Shown in pieces: positions 46,320 through 57,700 of a DNA stretch of 64,000 nt. Both the position numbers and the translations under genes were made by a program. Position 1 is the stretch's first letter, and each line of letters starts with the position of its first letter. The stretch comes from a virus. The stretch covers positions 127,028 to 191,027 of IMG/VR virus record IMGVR_UViG_3300032325_000466, one strand, 5' to 3'. The notes under the pieces were generated by a model. That model made no database searches. It saw only the letters and a program-made list of their open reading frames with translations, and was not told the origin of the DNA.

Positions 46320-46345
46320 AAAAGCGACTTAGGTCTCTTTTTTCA
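46317..46345. terminator. Bidirectional terminator between convergent genes
   Basis: AAAAAAGCGAC-TTAG-GTCTCTTTTTT. Confidence 0.6.
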
Positions 46346-47024
46346 TTGACAATTTCCATCCCTTATGTGACTTGCGCTCACCAGATAATAATCCACAGAC
46401 TGCACTGGGGGAAAGATGATATTTATCAATTAGCTCTTTTCTTGTGCACCGCTCATAAATCCCGCTTGAATTCTCAAACTCGTATATACAATGGTCATAT
46501 CTAGGAGCTAGTTTACCAACTTGTTTACTGCGCCTGTCTTTCGCTTCTGTTGATGCAAGTGTTAACTTCATAGACTCTCGTTTACGTTCTTGTACTCCAG
46601 GAATACGTGCGGCCTCTAATGAGCGTTGACGATGAAACTTTTTGAATTGAGGATTGGCATGCATTTCTTTTGACTTAATACTACGCTTTTTTCTTTCTTC
46701 TGGATTATTAGAAAAAATTTTCATTAACTCAGAACTCCCTCCGCCGGATTCGATTATTCTATTAGCCCATATTTTATTACCAAAATCATCCATTGCGGTG
46801 GTAATTTTCCATAGACTACTGTAGTAACGCCCCATGAAAGTTAGTTCTTCCCAATCATTGGTTTCAAGTATTATTTCTGTATTAACTAGGTTTTTTCCGT
46901 AAATCTGATAATGGATCTTCCAGTCGATACCTGATCCTGGATAAGTATACGGGTCATGGGTAGTGTAACCTAAGTATTTTAGCCCTGTGGTTTGATGTGT
47001 TTTTATGTATAAGTAATATGGCAT
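46329..47024 (-). CDS. Seg-like GIY-YIG homing endonuclease with C-terminal HTH-like module
   Basis: YYLYIKTHQTTGLKYLGYT, YPGSG, WANRIIESGGG; end RKSHKGWKL; minus-strand TAAATA upstream. Confidence 0.82.
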   Translation of the reverse strand: MPYYLYIKTHQTTGLKYLGYTTHDPYTYPGSGIDWKIHYQIYGKNLVNTEIILETNDWEELTFMGRYYSSLWKITTAMDDFGNKIWANRIIESGGGSSELMKIFSNNPEERKKRSIKSKEMHANPQFKKFHRQRSLEAARIPGVQERKRESMKLTLASTEAKDRRSKQVGKLAPRYDHCIYEFENSSGIYERCTRKELIDKYHLSPSAVCGLLSGERKSHKGWKLSMKKET

Positions 47025-47043
47025 GATAGAACCTCATACTTAT

Positions 47044-47457
47044 TTATTCCTTTTGGGTCAAAATCAGCAATTTAGATTGAACTACATCAAAATTTACAGT
47101 GCTAAATAATCCAGGATGTAATGGTTTAGGATACTGATTTTCTTTTACCCAAGCATAACCGGTGTGTTCATCATTAAGAGTGGGGATAAATTCACGATCA
47201 ACTTCACAGAAAAATGTGTGATAAACAAATGAATTATTGACGAATTTTTGTATAGGAACTAATTTAGCTCGCTCAGGAAAAAATCCTATTTCTTCTAAAC
47301 ACTCACGCTCTATACCTTCAAGTAAAGTTTCATCACTTTCTATTTTGCCACCAGGAATACCCCAGTTTGGGGAATGCTTGTTATCGGTTCTAAGTAAGTA
47401 AAGATATCTTTTATTATCTATAGAGTAAAAAAAGACTCCTGCGGAAATTATGTTCAT
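47044..47457 (-). CDS. NUDIX hydrolase
   Basis: Nudix box GGKIESDETLLEGIERECLEEIG. Confidence 0.93.
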   Translation of the reverse strand: MNIISAGVFFYSIDNKRYLYLLRTDNKHSPNWGIPGGKIESDETLLEGIERECLEEIGFFPERAKLVPIQKFVNNSFVYHTFFCEVDREFIPTLNDEHTGYAWVKENQYPKPLHPGLFSTVNFDVVQSKLLILTQKE

Positions 47458-47475
47458 ACTAACATTTATCTAAAA

Positions 47476-48846
47476 TCAAATGACGATAGAATAATCTCCC
47501 TGAGAATACCATCCTTCATATGACTTCATCCAAACACCATCTGTATATCTATACTGTAAATTAGTAGTTAAATTGGTAACATATTGAATAGCAGTGTCTT
47601 GAGTAGAATCAAAGCTAACAAACCATCCACCCTCAGAAGTTTGAAATTCTATAATATCGTTTGCATTAGCTACTAAATTACCCCAAGCTACTGTGGGACT
47701 ACCTGGCGATCCAATTGACTCTACTATCAAATACCTTCTGCCATTTGTAGGTCCTGGTAATCCTGCATTAGGTCCTGCTACTAAAGGATTGATAATGCTA
47801 GTAATAGGTTGAAGAGTATTTTGTGGTAGTGTATCAGTGTCAATGTTATAAATCAATAATCTATCATCAAGTGGATCAAGTGCAATAGTACCTACAATTT
47901 CAGTATCCATGTAGGGATTTTGCAACCAAATTTGACTAATACCTGGTCTAATCACACCATACACATTTAACAGTGCTGACCAATATAAATCAGTATCAGG
48001 CATAGTTGGTAATGTAGTATCTAAATTAGAAGGATCAAAATTTTGATTACCAGGTAATAATTGTAGCGTATTACCAACCAACAATAAATTGTAACCATAT
48101 GGTGTTATTTTTTGACGAGTACCCAATAATAAATCATCATCTTGTATATCAGTAAGAGCATGTCCTTTAAAGATAGATGCAATAATTTTTTCAATAACAC
48201 CAAACTTTTTAAGTTTAGCAGGAGTGCTAATCCATATAGGCATGTAAAACTTCCAACTGAAAACATCTATTGGATTGCCTGATCCTTGTGGTATACTACG
48301 CGAAGTCCAAGTTATACCATCTTGATATACTACCGATAAAGAAGTCCAATCAATAAAATTATCAGTGCTTTGTATCTCTAGTGAGGGGTTAAATAGTGTA
48401 CCCAATTGTTCTACGAATTCTAATTTTTGGTTGATATTAGTAGTCCATAATTCTAAGTTGATTCTTAGAGTATATGGAACCGGCATCAAACGCTCTACAT
48501 TAAATGCTTGCCCTTGCACCTGTTCATATGATTGTGTGTCACTATTATAAGCACGCTGTCTAACATTTATCTTATCTACAAAGGTTGGATCTTGTGTTCT
48601 ACGCTGATCATACTCTAGACCACTAATATAATAAGTTAGTAAAGGGGCACTGGGCAGATTACTAGCACTATTATTAGCAATGATTGTTGCTGCTTGACGG
48701 CTACTATCCCCATACATAATAGGTACACGCATCAATATTGGATTACCGGCAGGATCTTTTCCCTTAGTCACTTGCCACATAGAGAAAATTTTTGCGAATT
48801 GTATTAAGAATCTGCGGATTTGTTGATCATAGAAAAATTGTGCCAA
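47476..48846 (-). CDS. Tail terminator/sheath stabiliser (T4 gp15-like) with C-terminal extension
   Basis: FFYDQQIRRF, RVPIMYG, PVPYTLRINL..WT; next to gp14-like. Confidence 0.8.
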   Translation of the reverse strand: MAQFFYDQQIRRFLIQFAKIFSMWQVTKGKDPAGNPILMRVPIMYGDSSRQAATIIANNSASNLPSAPLLTYYISGLEYDQRRTQDPTFVDKINVRQRAYNSDTQSYEQVQGQAFNVERLMPVPYTLRINLELWTTNINQKLEFVEQLGTLFNPSLEIQSTDNFIDWTSLSVVYQDGITWTSRSIPQGSGNPIDVFSWKFYMPIWISTPAKLKKFGVIEKIIASIFKGHALTDIQDDDLLLGTRQKITPYGYNLLLVGNTLQLLPGNQNFDPSNLDTTLPTMPDTDLYWSALLNVYGVIRPGISQIWLQNPYMDTEIVGTIALDPLDDRLLIYNIDTDTLPQNTLQPITSIINPLVAGPNAGLPGPTNGRRYLIVESIGSPGSPTVAWGNLVANANDIIEFQTSEGGWFVSFDSTQDTAIQYVTNLTTNLQYRYTDGVWMKSYEGWYSQGDYSIVI

Positions 48847-48856
48847 TTTTTATCCT

Positions 48857-50539
48857 TTAAGGTCTGGGTGGAAGATTGTCTGGGGCAATGGTTAATATAG
48901 TAGACAGATTTTGTTTTTCTGGTATTACCGCCCCAGTGGTACTCATAAATGTATTGCTATTATTTATGAATGTAGATCGTAGTGATTTATCTTCGTCAGT
49001 GAATCCAGTGCCTGTTCTAACATTAGAAGAAATTCTAATCCATAAGTCGCCATTCCAACGATACAGAATTTGAGGTAAATAATCGATTCGTAAGAAGTAA
49101 TCCCCAATCTTGGGACTCTGTGGGAAAGCTATCCCGACGCCAGTGGGTACGCCATTTGGTGCTTCTTGCGTTCCAGTTAAATAACCATATGAATAACCAA
49201 AGCTTCTTGGTGTTGATCTGGCAATGAATTGGAATCTAGGATCGCAATCTGCTCTAAAGTCCATCCAAGGCTCAATGGTGTCGGTAAATCCTGGTAGTTC
49301 TGGGTTTTGGTCTGCTGTTGAATAAGTATTGTCCGCAGTACCATATGGACCAGTTATCAAGCCCATACTTCGTATAGCAACTACACCAGTACCTGATACT
49401 GCACCTGACCCGGTTTCTGTTACAGTAGCTGGTAATACTAGCGACTCTAGCGTTAGTGTAGAGTAATCAGCAATAGAAGTTATATCAGCGTCTACCGTCA
49501 TATCCCAAATGCTTTTTGCTGCTGCTTTGGGTATTCTGATAACAGGACTAGGTCTTGTATAACCCGGTGTAGTAATCATAGCTACTCTACCCACAGCCGG
49601 CGAACCAAACGGCACAACTAAATTAGTAGGTGGTGCAGGTTGATCAAGTTTACCTGATCCTACCCCATATGTAGGTACAACATAAAGATTTTGATTATCA
49701 TACCCACTAAGTGGTAATAATCTTCTAGCTTCCTCAAGAGCCGCATTATTGATTGCAATGTTCTTGTTATAAGTAGAAATAATATCTGCAAGATTTCGAT
49801 TCGTATCAACCTCCCAATATTCAGGATCAGGCGGATTAACGCCAGGTGGAACTGGTTTTTTAGAAATATAGTTCGTACCACCATATGAAATCACATACCC
49901 TTCAGGATACGGTTTATCTTTGTCCCATAATCCAAGATAGTTGTCTTGGTTAATGGGCTCATTTAATATCTGACTAAATTCTTCAGTGTTTACTAGGGGC
50001 TCACACTTAATACGCCATAAATGAGGGTACCAAGTTTGACTAAACCCTTCGCTAGCAAAATTACCATCTGTAATTTGATAAAATCTTCGTAAGGCTACAG
50101 GGATAGTTTCGTCTAGTGGATTATAATCTAGCAGATGGGGTAGTTCTAGTACATCACCTACAATTAGTTTTCTACCCACTAAATCAATCATATTGTTATA
50201 GTGAACAGTGATAAAAATGATATCGTTGTTTAAAAATAATCCAAACTGACTTAGATCAAAGTCTAGATTCTGTACATTGTAGTGCCCACGCAATCTAATA
50301 ATGCTACTGTCATATGTCCGATCTCTATTCTCTAAAAATAGTAAATCTTGTATATTAGTAGGGCTAAGTATATCGTATTGAGGCTGAGTAGCATCGTTAG
50401 AAGGACCTTGAGGTGTTGGGCCCAAATACTTGTGAATGTATAAATCAGTCCCGCCCACAGTAAATTGTTGATAAATGGTTTTATCAAAAAAACGATAGTC
50501 ATTGGACTTGACTGGTCTATAAAGTGATAATTTTGGCAT
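48857..50539 (-). CDS. Neck/head-closure protein (T4 gp14-like) with inserted CBM5/12-like module
   Basis: FDLSQFGL, GDVLELPH, WYPHLWRIKC; insertion WDKDKPYPEGYVISYGG..Y...PP..EYW. Confidence 0.72.
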   Translation of the reverse strand: MPKLSLYRPVKSNDYRFFDKTIYQQFTVGGTDLYIHKYLGPTPQGPSNDATQPQYDILSPTNIQDLLFLENRDRTYDSSIIRLRGHYNVQNLDFDLSQFGLFLNNDIIFITVHYNNMIDLVGRKLIVGDVLELPHLLDYNPLDETIPVALRRFYQITDGNFASEGFSQTWYPHLWRIKCEPLVNTEEFSQILNEPINQDNYLGLWDKDKPYPEGYVISYGGTNYISKKPVPPGVNPPDPEYWEVDTNRNLADIISTYNKNIAINNAALEEARRLLPLSGYDNQNLYVVPTYGVGSGKLDQPAPPTNLVVPFGSPAVGRVAMITTPGYTRPSPVIRIPKAAAKSIWDMTVDADITSIADYSTLTLESLVLPATVTETGSGAVSGTGVVAIRSMGLITGPYGTADNTYSTADQNPELPGFTDTIEPWMDFRADCDPRFQFIARSTPRSFGYSYGYLTGTQEAPNGVPTGVGIAFPQSPKIGDYFLRIDYLPQILYRWNGDLWIRISSNVRTGTGFTDEDKSLRSTFINNSNTFMSTTGAVIPEKQNLSTILTIAPDNLPPRP

Positions 50540-50592
50540 AGTTTTAGATTCTTATGTTTTATTTATCGTAAAATCTCAATGTTAAATAAAGG

Positions 50593-50621
50593 TTGACATA
50601 AATTAAAGATGATGCTATAAT
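50593..50621 (+). promoter_or_regulatory. Early promoter, divergent from minus-strand late promoter at 50560-50565
   Basis: GGTTGACA-TAAATTAAAGATGATGC-TATAAT. Confidence 0.88.
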
Positions 50622-50653
50622 AGCGTTTCAAAATTACTATTTTGGAGTTACAA

Positions 50654-51880
50654 ATGGTTCGTAAAGCTGCTACCCGTAAACCCACTGCCCGCACTCGTGT
50701 CAGTTCAGATCATAACTCACTAGTCAAGGCACTTAATCCAAAAGATACCGATACTGGGTATTTGGGTAACGAACCTTACTTTCCCGAACAGCCCCAAGAT
50801 GAGGTTCGACTTGGCGTACTGACGAAATCATTTTCATGGTACAGCAGGTTCTTTGGCCGCAAAGACGCAAAAGAACTAATGATTCAGTTTTTGGACATGA
50901 CTGGCAAGACACAAGAAGCCAAGGCTATGGCCAAAGTTGATGATGCTTCCTTTGTAAGCACTTACGCTTGGCTGGCTAGAATGTCGCTGCGCGGACTTGA
51001 ACTCACTGAGCAAGAAAGTGCCCGAATCGAAGCCGAAGTAACCCGACTCATTGAAACTGTGACTAAGCCCCAGGCAGCAGTAGAATCTAGAATCAGTGGC
51101 AAAAAGCAAGTCAAAGAAGAAACTAGTTCTAATCGTCCCAATGTGCAAGAAATTATGCGCGAGCGGGCCCGCGAAGCAGGCGGCGAGCTTGAAGGCGCTA
51201 TGGATGACTTTATTCAAGCCGGTAGCAAGGCAAATGCATCAGCCGATGCTGTGGGCTTTCTTACAAAATACAATGTGCTTCCCCAACATATCAGTATCGT
51301 CATCGATGCTTGGAAACGCAAGCTAGCAGAATATGAAGAAGTGTTGGCGGGAACAGATTCTCAACTAGTTCAGGCATACGGCCATCTTACTAAAACTCAG
51401 GTCAAGAACACGATCAAGTTTATTGAGGCAATGCTAGGCAACATCAATAGCTATATCAGCAACAAAAAAGCTACTAAAGCGCCTCGTAAGCGTAAAGCTG
51501 TCCCGCCCGAAAAGCAAGTTGCTAAACTCAAGTACTTGAAAGAGTTTAAAGACCCTGCTAACAAAATCGATCTAGTTAGCATTCATCCCGCTAAACTGCT
51601 AACTGCCAGTGAAGCTTGGGTCTATGATACTGCTAAACGAAAGCTACATCACTATGTTGCTGATGATCTTAGCAAGACTTTTTCAGTTAAGGGCAATACG
51701 ATTCTAGGAATCGACACTGTACAGAGTGAGATGAAAACTCTACGCAAGCCCGGTGAGCAATTGAAAGAAGTAATGGGCAGCAAGCCCGCAGCTAGAAAAT
51801 ACTTTAAGACTGTGAAAGCAGTTAGCACTGTGCCTAATGGTAGGTTCAATGCAGGAATGATTATCTTACGATGCTTTTAA
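50654..51880 (+). CDS. Early hypothetical protein
   Basis: GGAG RBS then ATG 50654; GC-richer codons like the early island. Confidence 0.8.
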   Translation: MVRKAATRKPTARTRVSSDHNSLVKALNPKDTDTGYLGNEPYFPEQPQDEVRLGVLTKSFSWYSRFFGRKDAKELMIQFLDMTGKTQEAKAMAKVDDASFVSTYAWLARMSLRGLELTEQESARIEAEVTRLIETVTKPQAAVESRISGKKQVKEETSSNRPNVQEIMRERAREAGGELEGAMDDFIQAGSKANASADAVGFLTKYNVLPQHISIVIDAWKRKLAEYEEVLAGTDSQLVQAYGHLTKTQVKNTIKFIEAMLGNINSYISNKKATKAPRKRKAVPPEKQVAKLKYLKEFKDPANKIDLVSIHPAKLLTASEAWVYDTAKRKLHHYVADDLSKTFSVKGNTILGIDTVQSEMKTLRKPGEQLKEVMGSKPAARKYFKTVKAVSTVPNGRFNAGMIILRCF

Positions 51881-51886
51881 GGAGTT

Positions 51887-52330
51887 GTGATGACGCAAAA
51901 TATTGATTTAAACAAGTACTCAGCATTTGTAGAGGCTGTAACTAGCGAGGCTAGCGATGATCTAACTACATTTATCAATAGACTAGATCAAGTAGATGAT
52001 GGCGATGGGACTTTAGCAGGCAAACAGGGCCCTGATATCAATGTACCTCTACTCTTAACCGCTTGCCTTGGGCTTGCAGCAGAAGCGGGTGAATTTATCG
52101 AAGTGCCCAAGAAGATTTTTTTTCAAGGCAAACCCTTAACTGAGGAAAATGTCTTCCACATGAAGCGTGAACTAGGGGATGTGATGTGGTATTGGATTAA
52201 TGCTTGTCGCGCACTGAACCTTGACCCTAACGAAGTGATTGCCGAGAATGTGCGTAAGCTAGAGTCACGCTATCCCGGCGGATCATTCGATGCACATTAC
52301 TCAGAGAACCGTAAAGAGGGCGATCTATAA
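51887..52330 (+). CDS. mazG: MazG-like NTP pyrophosphohydrolase
   Basis: GLAAEAGEFIE..KK, ELGDVMWY, N..KL..RY. Confidence 0.92.
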   Translation: MMTQNIDLNKYSAFVEAVTSEASDDLTTFINRLDQVDDGDGTLAGKQGPDINVPLLLTACLGLAAEAGEFIEVPKKIFFQGKPLTEENVFHMKRELGDVMWYWINACRALNLDPNEVIAENVRKLESRYPGGSFDAHYSENRKEGDL

Positions 52331-52548
52331 TGGCACCTTGGGATGAAAAGTTATTTTTATTTACTATTGATGAATATAATCAACTGCCTGATGGTATTGA
52401 GTTGACCTGTATAGATGGAAAAACATCCATAAAAGGCAAAGACGATATCGACCTAGATACTAGATTTGGTCATCTTGCTTATGGTGTAAATGATCCTTGG
52501 AATCATTCACTCAAAGATTTGTTTTTAATTTTTAAACTGGTACAATAG
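52330..52548 (+). CDS. Small hypothetical protein
   Basis: Coupled ORF. Confidence 0.65.
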   Translation: MAPWDEKLFLFTIDEYNQLPDGIELTCIDGKTSIKGKDDIDLDTRFGHLAYGVNDPWNHSLKDLFLIFKLVQ

Positions 52549-52549
52549 A

Positions 52550-52750
52550 ATGGGACTAGGTCCTCCCGTTTGTGATTATTGTAATGTATGGATGAGACTA
52601 TATCCTCCGCGTGTTAAGGACCAAGAATGGCTTTGTCCCGTGTGTGAAACAGGTGGGGGACACGGAAATGGATACAAAAACTCTCAACCGTTAGATGATA
52701 GCAATATACCTTTTTTAAGATTCTTAAAGGGGAAACCTCCCGCTGAATAA
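52550..52750 (+). CDS. Small Zn-ribbon protein
   Basis: CDYC and CPVC pairs. Confidence 0.55.
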   Translation: MGLGPPVCDYCNVWMRLYPPRVKDQEWLCPVCETGGGHGNGYKNSQPLDDSNIPFLRFLKGKPPAE

Positions 52751-52789
52751 GTTCCTGATAAATACTCTTATCTTAATCAGGGAACTACC

Positions 52790-53587
52790 ATGACGATTTC
52801 ACAATCAGCAAATCCTCTTTCTACCCCAACTGGGCTAACACTAGATGAACTAAAACAAGCAATATTTACTAACTGCCGTTATAGGTTAGGTGATGGTATC
52901 ATCGACTTAGAGTTAGATCCAGAGCATTACGAAGCTGCATATAACTATGCTATTAAGGTATATCGTCAACGTGCCCAAAATGCTACAGCAGAGTCATACA
53001 CACTACTGACCACTGTAGCTGATATAGATACATATACTCTACCACAAGAATTCATCAATGTGCGTTCACTGTTTAGAAGAACAGTGGGTATGGAAACAGG
53101 TCCAAGTTCTTCATCATTCGACCCATTCTCTAGTGCTATTCTAAACACTTATTTGTTAAATTATAACTTTGCAGGTGGTATGGCAACATATGACTTTTAT
53201 GCAGGGTATGTTGAATTAGCCGCTCGCATGTTTGGCGGATATGTAATTTACACTTTTGATCCTGTTACCAAAGTGCTTAGAATTGTTAGAGATCCAAAAG
53301 GTACAGGCGAGCGTGTTCTTATTTGGGCTGACGTTCAGCGGCCCGAAATAGTCTTATTGCAAGATCCAGGTGCTGGCGTATGGATCACTGATTGGATTAT
53401 AGCCACCCTTAAAGGTATTATAGGAGAAGCTAGAGAAAAGTTTGGTACAATCGCAGGTCCAGGTGGTGGCACTACTCTAAATGGTACTGCTATGAAAGCT
53501 GAATCAAAAGAGCTACAAGCTGCGCTGATCGATGAGCTAAAGAGATATGTGGATTATTCACAGCCCCTGACATGGATACAGGGCTAA
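52790..53587 (+). CDS. Neck protein / head-tail adaptor (T4 gp13-like)
   Basis: YRLG...LELD.EHY, GEAREKFGTIAGPGGGTTLNG. Confidence 0.88.
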   Translation: MTISQSANPLSTPTGLTLDELKQAIFTNCRYRLGDGIIDLELDPEHYEAAYNYAIKVYRQRAQNATAESYTLLTTVADIDTYTLPQEFINVRSLFRRTVGMETGPSSSSFDPFSSAILNTYLLNYNFAGGMATYDFYAGYVELAARMFGGYVIYTFDPVTKVLRIVRDPKGTGERVLIWADVQRPEIVLLQDPGAGVWITDWIIATLKGIIGEAREKFGTIAGPGGGTTLNGTAMKAESKELQAALIDELKRYVDYSQPLTWIQG

Positions 53588-53651
53588 CCTAAATACTTTA
53601 TTTTGTAATCTATTTGTAGTATAATAAGTATATCTACAGGGGGATTGAAAA

Positions 53652-54332
53652 ATGATTGTAGGAATCACCGGGCTAATCGGATCTGGCAAGGACACGATTG
53701 CAGAATATCTTATCACTCAGCATGGTTTCAAAAAACTAAGTTTTGCTGCATCTCTAAAAGATGCCGTAGCAGCGGTATTTGGTTGGGACCGTAATCTACT
53801 TGAAGGTACTACTCAAGAGGGCAGAGCATGGCGTGAAGAAGTTGACCAGTGGTGGGCTAAAAAATTAAATATGCCCCATCTTACTCCCCGTTGGGTTTTA
53901 CAATATTGGGGAACTGAAGTCTGTAGACATGGCTTTCACAATGATATTTGGGTAGCTAGTTTAGAAAATCAACTACGCCAAACTAAAGATAACACCGTCA
54001 TCACCGATTGCAGATTTATCAATGAACTAGATGCTATTAAAAATGCAGGCGGAGTAACTATTAGAGTATCGCGTGGACCCGATCCTAAATGGTACGATGA
54101 TGCTATTGCTTATAACTCTGGACCTCATAACATGGGTTGGGCTCTGAGTAGAGACCGTTTGCAGAAAGCAGGAATTCATGCTAGTGAATACAGCAGTGTG
54201 GGTCTAGCGTATGACTATGTAGTTGATAACAATGGTACACTTGTTGAACTGCACAATAAGATTGAAAAAATTGTATGGGTTAATGGTCAACCGTCAAGTC
54301 TCCTCGACGCCAAGTTACTTGCTTCTTCTTAA
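53652..54332 (+). CDS. Deoxynucleoside monophosphate kinase (T4 gp1-like)
   Basis: GLIGSGKDT, SFAASLKDAV, PRWVLQYWGTE, ITDCRFINE. Confidence 0.93.
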   Translation: MIVGITGLIGSGKDTIAEYLITQHGFKKLSFAASLKDAVAAVFGWDRNLLEGTTQEGRAWREEVDQWWAKKLNMPHLTPRWVLQYWGTEVCRHGFHNDIWVASLENQLRQTKDNTVITDCRFINELDAIKNAGGVTIRVSRGPDPKWYDDAIAYNSGPHNMGWALSRDRLQKAGIHASEYSSVGLAYDYVVDNNGTLVELHNKIEKIVWVNGQPSSLLDAKLLASS

Positions 54333-54636
54333 CTACCTCTACACAATTTAAACATATACTTCTCAGATTTGTAAGAGCGATATTTTCTAAATTGCCGTCG
54401 ATGTGAAAAACGGTGATTTGTGAAGTGTAAGTACTTCTAAACCCACATAAATCACATGTGGGTTTTTTCTTATACCCACTTTTAGTCCAATTGGGTTGTC
54501 TTGGACGAAGTTTGTTTTTCTTCCTGCCACACTCATCACACATACTACGATAATGGGTAGTATCATTACGCTTGTAGTTAATAGCGCAAAAATTCTTATT
54601 GCAGTTCTTGCAAATGGGTCTAATAAGTGATTCCAT
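54280..54636 (-). CDS. HNH endonuclease-like Zn protein
   Basis: CKNC, CDEC, CDLCG, FHIDGNLEN...NLRSICLNC. Confidence 0.8.
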   Translation of the reverse strand: MESLIRPICKNCNKNFCAINYKRNDTTHYRSMCDECGRKKNKLRPRQPNWTKSGYKKKPTCDLCGFRSTYTSQITVFHIDGNLENIALTNLRSICLNCVEVVKKKQVTWRRGDLTVDH

Positions 54637-54753
54637 AATATATATTTATTGCCATACCTTCGAAGGTTGTGATGTTTTTTTATTTTTTGCATAAATAAAT
54701 GTATGCAATTTTAGGTAAGTAAACCTCATAATTTTACAATAAAGGAAAGAAAA

Positions 54754-57700
54754 ATGGCACTAGTATCCCCAGGCGTAGAAGTTACGATCATTGACCAAAG
54801 TCAATATCTTCCTGCCCCAACTAATTCAGTACCTTTTATTTTGTTAGCAACAGCGCAAGATAAAGCAAATCCAAATGGTACTGGTGTTGCCGCAGCCACT
54901 ACAGCAGCAAATGCAAATAAATTATTTTTAGTTACTAGTCAGCGTGACTTAGTATCACTATATGGTTCACCATTCTTTTACTCAACAACTAATGGTACAC
55001 CAATTCAAGGTTATGAACTAAATGAATATGGCTTATTAGCGGCTTATTCATTACTAGGTATCACTAATCGTTGTTATGTATTAAGAGCGGACGTTGATTT
55101 AACTAGTTTAGTTGGACAAACAACTCGCCCAACTGGTACCCCTCCTAATGGAACTTATTGGTTAGATACAACTAATAGTACTTGGGGAATATTCTTATTC
55201 AACTCAACTACTGGTAGATTCACACAGCAAACTCCTATTGTAATTACTGATCCAGATAACTTATCAGGTGGTGTTCCTTTAACCAGTATTGGTAATATCG
55301 GTGACTATGCTGTAAATGCTATTCAGGTAGTGGGTTACCCAACTAATGCAGCAGAACAACAATTCTTCTACAAAACAACAGACAATGTATGGGTAGTATT
55401 AGGTGGCGCTGATTGGAATTTAGATATTCCTTGCGTACAGGGAACTAATTCTAATCCTTCATTAACAGCAGCACAAACCTTTACAATTGGCATGAGTGGT
55501 ATATTTACTGCTACTATTACAGTACCAGCAAGTCCAAACAATACAGTTGCAGGCGTTGCAGGTGTAATCAATGCATTGGACTATGCAGGTCTTACCGCGG
55601 CAGTTGTTAGTGATAAGTTAGTAATTTATTCTAATCAACGAGTTACATCAGGTACCGCATCTTTAGTAATGACAGCCGGCGGCTCAGGAACTGCTCTATC
55701 AGATTTAGGAATAACTGCGGGTACTTATTATCAACCCATAGTACAGTGGGGCACTTCTGCTCAAATGCCACTTTGGACTACAAGTCAAACTACACCAAGA
55801 CCAACTGGGTCTGTTTGGATGAAAGCAGGTTCAGCAGGTAATGGTTTAAACGCAGTAGTTTCAGTGTTTAGTACTGCTACCAATACATTTATCGCTAAGA
55901 CAGTTAGCTCACAAACATCAGATTGGGCAGCTTGTGCAAATCTAGACGCTACTGGTGGTCAAACAATACCAGCTGGTACTATATATGGTCAATATTCATA
56001 TGGTGGTGATTTACCCTCTTCTCCATATTACTTATGGGAAAGACTTGCGGCAGGTGCTACAGTTATTACTGGGTCAGTAGTCTCTCCAGAATTTACATCT
56101 GGTCCATATACATTAGATGTTGAAGTAAGTGTTCCTGGAAGCCCTACTTTATCTTCAGTTTATGCAATTTCTTTAGCAGATAATACAGATGCAACTGACT
56201 TTGTTGCTGCATGGCAAACCGCTGGTATTCCTAATACCACAGCAACTCTAAACACAGATGGCGCTATTGTACTAACACATACTAAGGGTGGTGTTATTAT
56301 ACTAAATGACTTCGTTGATGGTGTAAGTAATGGTTTAGTTGCTGCTGCCGGATTTGAAGCAGGTACAACTACAGGTTGCAAATATGGACCAACAGTAACT
56401 ACAACATTCAGTGCTGTATCAGGTACAGGCGGCGCTGGTAGTGCTGCAACATTCAATGTTCAATCACAATACGGTGTATATACATTAGTTGGTGATGGTG
56501 TTCAAGCAGGTGGTACAGGATACGCATTAGGTAATCAAATTGTTATTGACGGTGCTGATTTAGGTGGCGTATCTGGTGCAAATGATTTAACTGTTAAAGT
56601 TGCAGCACAATCAGGCGGCATTATTTCTGCTGTTACTATTGTATCAGGTACTGCTACTCAAAATTATTCTACACAATTAAGCAATTGGGTAGAATTTACA
56701 TATATTGCAAATGAGGGTGCTCCATCAGAAGCACCCGCTGAAGATACAAACTGGTTCTACTCAGTAGTAGATCAAGTTGATATCATGGTTCAGAAAAATG
56801 GTTCATGGATTGGTTATCGTAATACTGCATACGACTCAACCGGTGCCCCAGCAGCTACTGGTTCTAATACAACAGATCCAGCTGGTCCAATTATAAGTGC
56901 TTCTAGTCCAACTACTCAAAGTGATGGTACAACAGCCCTATCATATGGTGATCTATGGATCGATACTAGTGACTTAGAAGTGTACCCTGTTATTCGTCGT
57001 TGGCAAAGTATTAATGGTGAAGATGGTTGGGTATTAATTGATAACACTGATCAAATCAGTTCCAATGGTGTTCTATTCCAAGACGCTCGTTGGGCAACTA
57101 GTGGATCAGTTAGCCCAGTTGATGATCCTATTCCATCAATCACTTCTCTATTATCTAGCAACTACTTAGACTTAGATGCACCTAATCCAGATTTATATCC
57201 ACAAGGTATGCTGTTGTTTAACACACGCCGCTCAGGGTATAATGTTAAGAAATTTAAAACAAATTATTTCAATGCTGTAAGATTCCCTGATGAATCACTA
57301 CCAGCACAAACTAGCACATGGTTAAGTGTTAGCGGAAATCAAAGTAATGGTGCTCCATTCATGGGTCGTTTTGCTCAACGCAGTATGATCGTAGAATCAC
57401 TAAAAGCATCTATCGACACCAATACAGACATCCGTGATGAAGATAACTTCTTTAATCTATTAGCTACACCAAACTATCCAGAACTACAACCTAACATGGT
57501 CGTTCTAAATGCAGATCGTGGTGAAACTGGGTATATCATTGGTGATACACCACTAGGTCTTGCAGACAGTGCTACTGAAATTCAAGCTTGGGCTAATAAT
57601 ACCGCTGGTGCTACATCAACTGGTGAAAAGGGACTTGTTACTAGAAATACATATTTAGGTCTGTTCTATCCAAGTGGACTTACAAATGACTTGTCAGGAA

